NCBI GenBank assembly: GCA_002788855.1
Contig: PFSB01000013.1
Location: forward strand, 21,608 to 85,607
Origin: Candidatus Roizmanbacteria bacterium CG_4_9_14_0_2_um_filter_38_17
GTDB taxonomy: Bacteria; Patescibacteriota; Microgenomatia; GCA-00278855
Length of the DNA: 64,000 bases
Direction of reading: 5' to 3'
Shown: positions 10,633 through 19,195 of the stretch, in pieces
Layout of the letters: the number at the start of each line of letters is the position of its first letter
Position numbering within the stretch: the stretch's first letter is position 1
Made by a program: the position numbers and the translations under genes
Notes under the pieces: generated by a model
Told to the model about the DNA's origin: nothing
Database searches by the model: none
The model's input: only the letters and a program-made list of their open reading frames with translations

Positions 10633-11445
10633 ATGTATACAAGTGAAATGAAATTTATAGAAAAGTATAAAAAAATAGTTAGAAAAAATAATTCTGTGCT
10701 TTGTGTGGGGTTGGATAGTGATATAGGTAAATTGCCAGATAAATATAAAAATAAGCAGTATCCCCAGTTTGCATTTAATAAATGTATCATAGATCAAACA
10801 CATGACTTGGTTTGTGCGTATAAACCCAATTCTGCTTTCTATGAAGCTAAAGGTGTTGAGGGAATGGCTGAGCTTAAAATGACAGTAGATTATCTTAAAA
10901 GTAAGTATCCAGATATAGTTACTATTTTAGACGCTAAAAGAGCAGATATAGGAAATACGAATAAAGGGTATGTAGAATATATCTTTGACTACTTAGGATT
11001 TGACGGCGTGACTGTTAATCCCTATTTAGGTCAAGAGGCTTTGGAGCCTTTTTTGGATAGGCAGGATAAGGGAATAATAGTTCTCTGCAAAACATCAAAT
11101 CCTGGTAGCGGTGAATTTCAAGATTTACGGACTGATAAGAAGAAGCTATACCAGGTTGTGGCTGAAAATGTTGTTAATGATTGGAATAAAAATAGCAACT
11201 GTTTATTGGTGGTGGGAGCTACGTATCCAGCGGAACTAACTAAGATTAGAAAAATTGCTGGTGATATGGTATTTTTAATTCCAGGGGTTGGAGAGCAAGG
11301 TGGAGATGTTGAGAAAACAGTTAAAGCTGGAATAAATTCAACAGGTGATGGAGTGATAATAAACTTAGCCAGAAAAATTATCTTTGCAGATAATCCCAGA
11401 GAAACAGCAACAAAACTAAGAGATGAGATAAATGTTTATAGATAA
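10633..11445 (+). CDS. pyrF: Orotidine 5'-phosphate decarboxylase (type 2)
   Basis: LDxKRADIGNT motif (ILDAKRADIGNTNKGY); 270 aa. Confidence 0.8.
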   Translation: MYTSEMKFIEKYKKIVRKNNSVLCVGLDSDIGKLPDKYKNKQYPQFAFNKCIIDQTHDLVCAYKPNSAFYEAKGVEGMAELKMTVDYLKSKYPDIVTILDAKRADIGNTNKGYVEYIFDYLGFDGVTVNPYLGQEALEPFLDRQDKGIIVLCKTSNPGSGEFQDLRTDKKKLYQVVAENVVNDWNKNSNCLLVVGATYPAELTKIRKIAGDMVFLIPGVGEQGGDVEKTVKAGINSTGDGVIINLARKIIFADNPRETATKLRDEINVYR

Positions 11446-11460
11446 GTTACAATATATAGC

Positions 11461-12102
11461 ATGTTAGCAGAAGAAATTTCAAGATTGTTGTTCAAAATTA
11501 ATGCTGTTAGTTTTAAGTTTGACCCACCATATACATTTACTTCTGGACTGAAGAGTCCTATTTATCTGGATAATAGACTTATTATTTCTTATCCTGAAGT
11601 TAGGAAGCAGATTATAGACTACTATGTTCAGGTTATAAAAGATGATATTGGATTAGATAATGTTGACTGGATTTCTGGAACTGCTACAGCAGCAATACCA
11701 CACGCAGCATTTATTGCGAATGAATTAAATCTGCCAATGGTTTATGTGCGTTCGGTTGCAAAAAAACATGGAAAAGGTGAGCAGATTGAGGGTTATTTAA
11801 AAAAAGAAAGCAAAGTTGTGGTAATTGAAGACCATATTTCAACAGGTAAAAGCTCCATAGACAATGCTCTCTCAATTAGAGCAGAAGGAGGAATAGTAGA
11901 GTATTGTTTGGCTACTACTACATACGAAACAGATATTTCTCAACAAAACTTTGAAAAAGCAAAAGTTAAACTAATAACACTCACTACTGGTAGACTAATT
12001 GCGGAAACTGCATTTAAGGAGGGATTAATTAGTAAAAAAGAGAAAGAGTCTGTTGATTTGTGGTTTGAGGATCCTCCGGCCTGGGCTGGGAAAGTAAAGT
12101 AA
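11461..12102 (+). CDS. pyrE: Orotate phosphoribosyltransferase
   Basis: PRTase fold, FKFDPPYTFTSGLKSPIYLD N-terminus; 213 aa. Confidence 0.85.
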   Translation: MLAEEISRLLFKINAVSFKFDPPYTFTSGLKSPIYLDNRLIISYPEVRKQIIDYYVQVIKDDIGLDNVDWISGTATAAIPHAAFIANELNLPMVYVRSVAKKHGKGEQIEGYLKKESKVVVIEDHISTGKSSIDNALSIRAEGGIVEYCLATTTYETDISQQNFEKAKVKLITLTTGRLIAETAFKEGLISKKEKESVDLWFEDPPAWAGKVK

Positions 12103-12121
12103 GGCTAAGCCTTACTTTACT
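12093..12121. repeat. 29-bp perfect palindrome agtaaagtaaggct-a-agccttactttact (copy B) spanning the pyrE stop codon
   Basis: Read directly; 14-bp arms. Confidence 0.6.
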
Positions 12122-12176
12122 AGATTTACGCCTTCCCTATTTCTAATTAAGTCTGTGCAAGGGGTTCCCCCTTGTT

Positions 12177-13946
12177 TTAGTTTCTTTTGCTTTCGGGGAG
12201 GCGGGATTTTTTCCGATCTTTTATGTCTGAGGACTGGATTTCTTTCAGATAACTAAACTCTTTTCCAATTTCGGTTAATGAGTAGCCAAGTTTTAACATT
12301 GTTTCTTTAAGGAGAGTTAGAGCTGCTTCAAATTCAGGCTGTACAGCCACATCTGCTCCTAACTTATACATTTGCCTAATGTGCTCTTGGTAATGTACAC
12401 GGGAGTATACAGGTGCTTGATTGTTAAGATTCTTAGCATTTAGGAGAATCATTTCTTGAGAGAGCCTATCTGGGACTGTAGAGATAATCGCTTTGGCAGA
12501 TCCAGCTTGGGCATATTCAAGAATATCTATGTCTGTGGGATCACCGTAAATAGCTGTGTAGCCTTCGCGCTTGGCTCGAGTTACAGCATGGTAGTCTCTG
12601 TCTATAATTACAAAATCTATTTTCAACTTTCGCAGCGCTTCGGCAATGTACAAGCCTACGCGACCCATACCCAGTAATATAATATGATTATGTAGTTTCA
12701 TGTCTTCAACTTTTGCTAAATCGCGGTCTGCTTTTTCATGAATGTGAATGTATAGAGTAGGAAGTGCAAACTTAATGCCTGCTTTTAAGGCAGCATAGAT
12801 ACGATGTTTTTGAGCGATGATGATTGGAGCTAAGGCAATAGATAGCAATACAGATGTTATTGCAGTAACAAATGTAGTTTCGGATATGAGATTGTTGTTC
12901 TGACTTTGATGGAGAATAATAAAAGAAAACTCTCCGACGTTGGCAAGGTAAAGCCCAATAAAATAGGAGATACGGGAATGATAGCGGAGAATCATAAATA
13001 TAACGGAAATAATTACAAATTTGAGCAATATAAGAATTGAGGTGAAGAGAATAATAGTACCGATGGTATTTGAAATGATACTTAGATCGATGGAAATTCC
13101 TAGGTACACAAAGAAAAAAATTGTAAATAAATCCCGAAGTGGTCTGATCTGAGAAAAAACATGGTAGTGTTCGAGGGTTTGACCGACCAGCATGCCAGCA
13201 ATAAATGCAGCTATGGAAGCTGAGAGGCCAAGCGTGGAAAATAGCGCAACGATTACAAAAATCATAAAGATTGTAAATAAGTTAAGGAGTTCTCGGGAAA
13301 GACCAGCAACTTTGCGATAGAGAAAGGGAATAATTTGTCGTCCAAACACAAAAACAGTGGTCAATACAACTCCTGCCTTAAGTAGAGAAATACCAATTTC
13401 AACTAATGATTGGGTAAATGTAGGCGCAGCTCCGTATGAGGAAAGAATCGTCATTAAAGGTATGACAGCCAGATCCTGCAGGATTAGGACGCCTAGAACC
13501 AACTCACCAAACACAGTATCTTCAGTACCCTCATCCTGAAGTAATTTAGCAATAACTGCTGTTGAAGATAATGAAAAAGCCAAGCCAATTACAACTGACT
13601 CAATTGGCGAGAAACCAAACAATACAGAAAGAATTAATACAGCTAAAGAGGTAAATATGATTTGAGCTATTCCACCTATGGTGATAAATTTTGCTGATTT
13701 TCGTAGTGATCCTAGATGGATCTCTAAACCAACTGTAAAAAGCAGCAGAATAACTCCTATATTGGCTACATTGGTGATTGTAGCACCTCTGACATAGTCA
13801 CCCATAATTAATCCTAGAATAACTCCTCCAACTATATAGCCAATAATAGATGGTAGTTTTAACTTATGTGCAACATATCCCCCAACAAGCGGAAAGACTA
13901 AAAAGGCAAGTAAATTTCCAACTAGTGGTAGTGCTAATTCACCCAT
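12177..13946 (-). CDS. Monovalent cation:proton antiporter (CPA2, KefB/KefC-like) with a C-terminal RCK/TrkA-N domain
   Basis: About 12 TM helices followed by the Rossmann motif ILLGMGRVGLYIA..DRD; 589 aa. Confidence 0.75.
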   Translation of the reverse strand: MGELALPLVGNLLAFLVFPLVGGYVAHKLKLPSIIGYIVGGVILGLIMGDYVRGATITNVANIGVILLLFTVGLEIHLGSLRKSAKFITIGGIAQIIFTSLAVLILSVLFGFSPIESVVIGLAFSLSSTAVIAKLLQDEGTEDTVFGELVLGVLILQDLAVIPLMTILSSYGAAPTFTQSLVEIGISLLKAGVVLTTVFVFGRQIIPFLYRKVAGLSRELLNLFTIFMIFVIVALFSTLGLSASIAAFIAGMLVGQTLEHYHVFSQIRPLRDLFTIFFFVYLGISIDLSIISNTIGTIILFTSILILLKFVIISVIFMILRYHSRISYFIGLYLANVGEFSFIILHQSQNNNLISETTFVTAITSVLLSIALAPIIIAQKHRIYAALKAGIKFALPTLYIHIHEKADRDLAKVEDMKLHNHIILLGMGRVGLYIAEALRKLKIDFVIIDRDYHAVTRAKREGYTAIYGDPTDIDILEYAQAGSAKAIISTVPDRLSQEMILLNAKNLNNQAPVYSRVHYQEHIRQMYKLGADVAVQPEFEAALTLLKETMLKLGYSLTEIGKEFSYLKEIQSSDIKDRKKSRLPESKRN

Positions 13947-13987
13947 ACAAACTATATTAGCACATAATATACAGCAGGTATTGTTTG

Positions 13988-14016
13988 TTGACTATTTTGT
14001 AAATTATTATTAGAAT
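13988..14016 (+). promoter_or_regulatory. Candidate sigma70-type promoter TTGACT-17-TAGAAT ending 5 nt before the pyrG ATG (leaderless arrangement)
   Basis: Hexamers and spacing read directly. Confidence 0.3.
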
Positions 14017-14021
14017 GAGGC

Positions 14022-15686
14022 ATGCGGACAAAATATGTTTTTGTTTCGGGTGGTGTAATATCAGGGCTTGGTAAAGGTATAATCGCGGCCTCCGTTTCTC
14101 TCCTTCTGGAATCTGCGGGATATAAGGTAACTCCGATTAAATGTGAAAACTATTTGAATGTTGATGCGGGTACAATTAATCCTATTGAGCATGGAGACCC
14201 TTTTTTGTGTGAGGATGGTACTGAGGCAGATATGGATATTGGTACTTATGAAAAGTTTCTTGGGAAAAACTTAGGCAAAGAAAACTTCATGACACTTGGT
14301 CAGGTATATCAGAGTGTTATTGAAAGAGAGCGAAAATTTGAGTATGAAGGAGAAGATGTTGAAGCTATACCACACCTGACTGATGAAATTCAGAAAAGAT
14401 GGATTGACGCTGGAAAAAAGACTAAAGCTGATGTAATTGTTATTGAGCTAGGAGGCACGGCAGGAGAGTATCAAAACTTGTTTTACTACGAAGCAAATAG
14501 AATACTATCATTAAAAAACCCTGGAGACGTTGTTCATATACATGTAGGCTATATGCCATGCCCGCCTCATCTGGGGGAACCAAAAACAAAGCCCATACAG
14601 CTATCAGTTAGAACACTAAACTCCATGGGTATTCAACCAGATTTTATTGTAGCTAGAGCTGAAAAATCGATGGATAAGAGAAGAAAAGATAGATTTGCAT
14701 TATTTTGTAATGTTCACCCGGAAGATGTTATATCAGCTCCTGATGCAGATACAGTCTACAGAGTACCACTAATGCTTAAAGAGCAAGGTATGGATATGCG
14801 CTTATTAGACAAGCTTGGCTTAGAAAAGAAAAAAGGTGATCTCTTGGAGTGGACTAAATTAGTTAATAGAATAGGAGAGATCAAAAAGAGTGGCAACAAA
14901 GTTAATATAGGAATTGTTGGTAAGTATTTTGGCACGGGGGAGTACCAACTTCGTGATTCCTACGCGGCGCTTTTTGATGCTTTGCAGCATGCTGCTTGGC
15001 ACCATGGATATGAACTCAACACTAAATGGATAAGTGCGCAAACAGTAGAGAAGAAAGGAATGGGGACCCAAGTAAAGGGTGTTGATGGAATTCTGGTGCC
15101 GATTGGCTGGGGAGAAAGAGGTGCTGAGGGAATGATTGAGGCAGCAGGATACGCAAGGGAGCAAAAAATTCCGTATCTAGGATTATGTTATGGAATGCAA
15201 TTGGCAGTAGTTTCTTTTGCTAGAGATGTTGTGGGCTTGAAAAATGCAAATACCACAGAGAACGTGCCAGATGCGGTTGATCCAGTAATACATTTAATGC
15301 CAGCACAGAAAAAGTTTATGAACCGGAGAGCTTATGGTGGAACAATGAGACTTGGTGGTTGGGATGCTACCATTAAAAATGGCACTAGAGCTTATTGGGC
15401 TTATGATAAGTACGATGGATTTATTAATAAAAAAACAGAGTTAACGAGTGAAAGACACCGACACCGCTATGAATTTAATGATAAATATGCAAATGCAATG
15501 GAAAAACATGGGTTGGTTATTTCTGCAAGGTCGGTTGTAGAAAATTTGGCTGAAATAGTTGAGCTGCCAAAAGATAAACACCCTTTTTATATGGCAACGC
15601 AAGGACACCCTGAATATAAATCTCGTCCAAATAGACCTCATCCAATATTTATCGAGTATATAGAGGCGTGTATTAATAACAAGTAA
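14022..15686 (+). CDS. pyrG: CTP synthase
   Basis: N-terminal synthetase domain (VFVSGGVISGLGKGI) plus C-terminal GATase (GLCYGMQ); 554 aa. Confidence 0.95.
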   Translation: MRTKYVFVSGGVISGLGKGIIAASVSLLLESAGYKVTPIKCENYLNVDAGTINPIEHGDPFLCEDGTEADMDIGTYEKFLGKNLGKENFMTLGQVYQSVIERERKFEYEGEDVEAIPHLTDEIQKRWIDAGKKTKADVIVIELGGTAGEYQNLFYYEANRILSLKNPGDVVHIHVGYMPCPPHLGEPKTKPIQLSVRTLNSMGIQPDFIVARAEKSMDKRRKDRFALFCNVHPEDVISAPDADTVYRVPLMLKEQGMDMRLLDKLGLEKKKGDLLEWTKLVNRIGEIKKSGNKVNIGIVGKYFGTGEYQLRDSYAALFDALQHAAWHHGYELNTKWISAQTVEKKGMGTQVKGVDGILVPIGWGERGAEGMIEAAGYAREQKIPYLGLCYGMQLAVVSFARDVVGLKNANTTENVPDAVDPVIHLMPAQKKFMNRRAYGGTMRLGGWDATIKNGTRAYWAYDKYDGFINKKTELTSERHRHRYEFNDKYANAMEKHGLVISARSVVENLAEIVELPKDKHPFYMATQGHPEYKSRPNRPHPIFIEYIEACINNK

Positions 15687-17173
15687 TGCAAGAAAAGTGT
15701 GGGATAGTTGGAATTGCGTACAAAAAGCCTTCAAGATCATTTGAATTTGCACTTCTTGCAGCACGCGGAGTGCAACACAGGGGACTTCAAGGAGCTGGGT
15801 TGGCGCTTAATTCAAAGGATGGGTTAAAGGTGTATCGTGGCACGGGAACAATTGATGAGGTGTTTACTAGTGATGTAGCACTTGATTTTGATGTTCCCAA
15901 TAACTGGATTATAGTCCACTGTAGATATGGTACTTATGGAGATTATGATCAGACTAATTTACAGCCATGTATTGCTAGCTCCCCAAAGGGTGAAAAAGTG
16001 GCAGTTATTCATAATGGCCAATTTGCTGGGTTAAGTGAATTAAAAAGTAAAGTAGAAAAGCTAAATAAAAAGATATATTCTAATGATACAAGTGATACTT
16101 ATTTATTTACCCAACTCCTGGCAGGATCTAAAGGTAAATCTTGGGATGAGAAAATAGTTAACAGCGCTGACAAATGCAGTGGGGCATATAGTCTACTAAT
16201 TGGGGTAGGAAAGGATCTTTATGCAGTAAGAGATAAGCTAGGTATTCGGCCACTGTTTATAGGAAAAATATCCGGGGGCTTCATGGTGGCTTCCGAGACG
16301 CATGCGTTTAATAAGGTTGGTGGCAACGTTGAACGAGAAGTAGGAAGGGGAGAAGTTATTAAGCTCAATAATCAAGGGATACGTACTTTAGTAAAGAAAG
16401 GCAAAAAATCACACTTTTGTGATTTTGAGTTTGCCTATTTTAGTCGTCCAGATTCACTGTATTCAAGTGGTGAAGATTCTAATGTTAAAGACTGGAGCTC
16501 TTTTGGAAGTTTTCGAGAAAGATGTGGAGAGAAATTAGCTGAGGAAAAACCTATTCTAAATTCAGATTTTGTTGTTGGTGTTCCCTCTTCTGGAGTAAGC
16601 CTAGCAACTGGCTATGCGGCAAAATTAGGGTTGCCTTACAGACAGGCTATAATTCGCGATCATTTTGACCCCTTTGGCGCACAAAGATTATTTATGCGTG
16701 ATGATGATATACAAAAAATTAGTAGTAGAGTATTAGGAAAATTATCCATTTCTCCAGATTTAAAAGTATGGAAAGATAAGATTGTAGTTATTGGTGATGA
16801 TTCAATTGTAAGAGGCAATGTGTCTAAGAAAGTTACAGAAACTATATTTTGTCTTGGAGCGAAAGAAGTTCATTGGATTATCGGCTTCCCCCCACTTATG
16901 AATCCTTGTCATCTGGGAGTAAGTATTAGAAGTGACGGTGAGTTGGCTGCACCAAAATATGGAGGAGACCCAGTCAAAATAGCTAAAAAAATTGGCGCCA
17001 CAAGTGTAAACTATATCTCAAATCTAGGATTTGTTGAGGCAAAATATCCTGGTGTAAAAGTTATTCTTCCTAAGAACAAGAATGAAATATTTGTAGCAAA
17101 TGGTGGGTGCGGAGGCTGCATTACAGGGTTATACCCAGTAAGTAAAAATGGTAAATACTACAAAAATAGGTAA
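15686..17173 (+). CDS. purF: Amidophosphoribosyltransferase
   Basis: Ntn-type GATase with Cys nucleophile (MQEKCGIVGI) and PRTase motif VVIGDDSIVRGN; overlaps the pyrG stop (taATG). Confidence 0.85.
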   Translation: MQEKCGIVGIAYKKPSRSFEFALLAARGVQHRGLQGAGLALNSKDGLKVYRGTGTIDEVFTSDVALDFDVPNNWIIVHCRYGTYGDYDQTNLQPCIASSPKGEKVAVIHNGQFAGLSELKSKVEKLNKKIYSNDTSDTYLFTQLLAGSKGKSWDEKIVNSADKCSGAYSLLIGVGKDLYAVRDKLGIRPLFIGKISGGFMVASETHAFNKVGGNVEREVGRGEVIKLNNQGIRTLVKKGKKSHFCDFEFAYFSRPDSLYSSGEDSNVKDWSSFGSFRERCGEKLAEEKPILNSDFVVGVPSSGVSLATGYAAKLGLPYRQAIIRDHFDPFGAQRLFMRDDDIQKISSRVLGKLSISPDLKVWKDKIVVIGDDSIVRGNVSKKVTETIFCLGAKEVHWIIGFPPLMNPCHLGVSIRSDGELAAPKYGGDPVKIAKKIGATSVNYISNLGFVEAKYPGVKVILPKNKNEIFVANGGCGGCITGLYPVSKNGKYYKNR

Positions 17174-18455
17174 AAAAATATTGATAGTTGGCAGCGGAGG
17201 TAGAGAGCATGCTTTAGGCTGGAAACTAGCTCAATCGCCACACGTTAAAAAAATATATTTTACTCCAGGAAATGGCGGAACGGCAGAGATAGGTGAGAAT
17301 ATTGATATTACTGCAGATAACATCTTGGGTCTTTTGGAGTTTGCAAAACTAAATCAGATAGATTTGACTGTCGTGGGACCAGAAGACCCACTTAGCTTAG
17401 GGATTGTAGATGAATTTCAGAAAGCGGACCTTGCAATATTTGGTCCAAGCAAGGCAGCGGCAAAACTTGAGTCTTCAAAAAGCTGGTCATCTAAGTTTGT
17501 AGAAAAATATGGCATTCCGGCTCCTAGATACAAAGTATTTGATTCACATCAGGATGCTATAAAATTTGTAGATTCTTGTAATTGGGGTGATTTGGTAATT
17601 AAGGCAGATGGATTGGCAGCAGGAAAGGGAGTTGTTTTACCTAGTACAAAAGATGAGGCAAAACAGACAATTGTGGAGATGATGCGGGAAGGTAAATTTA
17701 AGGAAGCGGGCCGAACAGTCATTATTCAGGAGAGGTTGCGGGGCATGGAGATTTCGGTTATTGCAATATGTGATGGAAAAGATATTAAAGTTATGCTACC
17801 CGCCAAAGACCATAAAAGAGTTAATGACGAAGATGAAGGACTAAATACTGGTGGAATGGGTGCATATGCGCCAGTTCCTTTGCTTAATAAAACAATGCTA
17901 GATAAGATTAAAAAGGAGATCTTGGTTCCAACTGTTGAGGGAATGATTAGTGAAAAGAGGCCACTTGTAGGAGTATTATATGCAGGGCTTATGCTAACTA
18001 GCAGTGGCCCAAAAGTTCTTGAGTACAATGTGCGTTTTGGTGATCCCGAGACTCAGCCTCAGCTAGTAATGCTAAAGTCAGATTTATTTGAACATTTAGC
18101 GGCCTGTGTAGAAGGTAAGCTTAAAGATGAGAAAATAACTTTTTTTGATGGCTACGCGGTTACGGTTGTATTGGCTTCGGGAGGTTATCCAGGATTTTAT
18201 ACAATGGGTCAGCTTTTGCATGGATTAGATCAAGAATTGCCTAGAGATATAGTGGTGTTCCATGCGGGTACCAAGCTAACCCAAGGTCAACATTTTAGTG
18301 TTGGTGGAAGGGTCTTAAGTGTTACAGCTCGCGGGGAAAGTCTAGAAAAAGCAGTAAGGCAAGTATATAAGGTTATTGATGAAGGGTTAGTGTATTTTAA
18401 GTCAATGCACTATAGAAAAGATATTGCTAGGAAGGCTTTACAACCAAAAAAATAA
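17148..18455 (+). CDS. purD: Phosphoribosylamine--glycine ligase
   Basis: ILIVGSGGREHALGWKL and ATP-grasp motifs; 435 aa. Confidence 0.9.
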   Translation: MVNTTKIGKKILIVGSGGREHALGWKLAQSPHVKKIYFTPGNGGTAEIGENIDITADNILGLLEFAKLNQIDLTVVGPEDPLSLGIVDEFQKADLAIFGPSKAAAKLESSKSWSSKFVEKYGIPAPRYKVFDSHQDAIKFVDSCNWGDLVIKADGLAAGKGVVLPSTKDEAKQTIVEMMREGKFKEAGRTVIIQERLRGMEISVIAICDGKDIKVMLPAKDHKRVNDEDEGLNTGGMGAYAPVPLLNKTMLDKIKKEILVPTVEGMISEKRPLVGVLYAGLMLTSSGPKVLEYNVRFGDPETQPQLVMLKSDLFEHLAACVEGKLKDEKITFFDGYAVTVVLASGGYPGFYTMGQLLHGLDQELPRDIVVFHAGTKLTQGQHFSVGGRVLSVTARGESLEKAVRQVYKVIDEGLVYFKSMHYRKDIARKALQPKK

Positions 18456-18490
18456 GACTAGTAATTCTTATTTCTGGCAGTGGAACAACA

Positions 18491-19195
18491 ATGGAGAACA
18501 TTATTAAGGAAACCCAAAATTCAAACCTAGGCAATGTTGAGATTGTGGGGGTAATTTCAAGTGATAAAGCAGCGGAGGGTATAAAGAGGGCAGAAAAATT
18601 GGGTGTTAATGTAGAGATAATAAATCAAGAAGAAAATGATTTTGAACAAAGATTATTAATACAACTAAATAAATGGAAGCCAGATTTAATTAGCCAAAAT
18701 GGTTGGTTGCCACTTACCCCAAAGAGTGTGCTAACACAATATGACTGTAAGATTATTAATCAACATCCTGCTCCACTTGATCCAGAATTTAAAAATGGTG
18801 TTAGTTATGATTTTGGAGGTGCGGGGATGTATGGCATAGTTCCGATTGCAGCACTTGTTAAATTTAGAAAACTTGTACATGAATTACAAGCAGTAGGTCA
18901 TACAAAGAGACATATTCCTATCGAGTCAACTGTTCATCTTGTAACAGAAAATTTTGATGAGGGCGATGTAATTGCAAGACAAGAATTAGTAGTTAGTGAC
19001 GAAGATACGCCCGAAGAACTGCAAAAGAAACTTTTGCCTATTGAACACAAAAATGTTATTAAAGCAATTAAAGATATAGCCAGTGGCCATATGGAAATTC
19101 AAAAAAGAACAAAGCCATTTATACGAGAAAACGAAAGAAAACTTCTCATACAGGCTAAGAAAGAGGCAATGGAAAAATATTTAAATCATAAATGA
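18491..19195 (+). CDS. purN: Phosphoribosylglycinamide formyltransferase (PurN family). The conserved N-terminal ILISGSG loop is encoded in-frame upstream of the first ATG, so the true start is probably a non-ATG codon near 18452-18470.
   Basis: Formyl_trans_N motifs: NxHPAPL (PurN HPSLLP), VHLVTENFDEGDVIARQEL; upstream in-frame RLVILISGSGTTM matches PurN AVLISGRGSNL. Confidence 0.6.
   Translation: MENIIKETQNSNLGNVEIVGVISSDKAAEGIKRAEKLGVNVEIINQEENDFEQRLLIQLNKWKPDLISQNGWLPLTPKSVLTQYDCKIINQHPAPLDPEFKNGVSYDFGGAGMYGIVPIAALVKFRKLVHELQAVGHTKRHIPIESTVHLVTENFDEGDVIARQELVVSDEDTPEELQKKLLPIEHKNVIKAIKDIASGHMEIQKRTKPFIRENERKLLIQAKKEAMEKYLNHK

Noticed and set aside
8962-10803. 64-aa N-terminal extension of the flavoprotein ORF (MCLIYDTFIKCK..)
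   Set aside because: The extension is hydrophobic low-complexity sequence that would overlap the pyrF promoter and start. The FAD-binding fold begins right after the internal Met (MKKSWDTVETDLLIIGAGGAG), so the start was moved to 10611.
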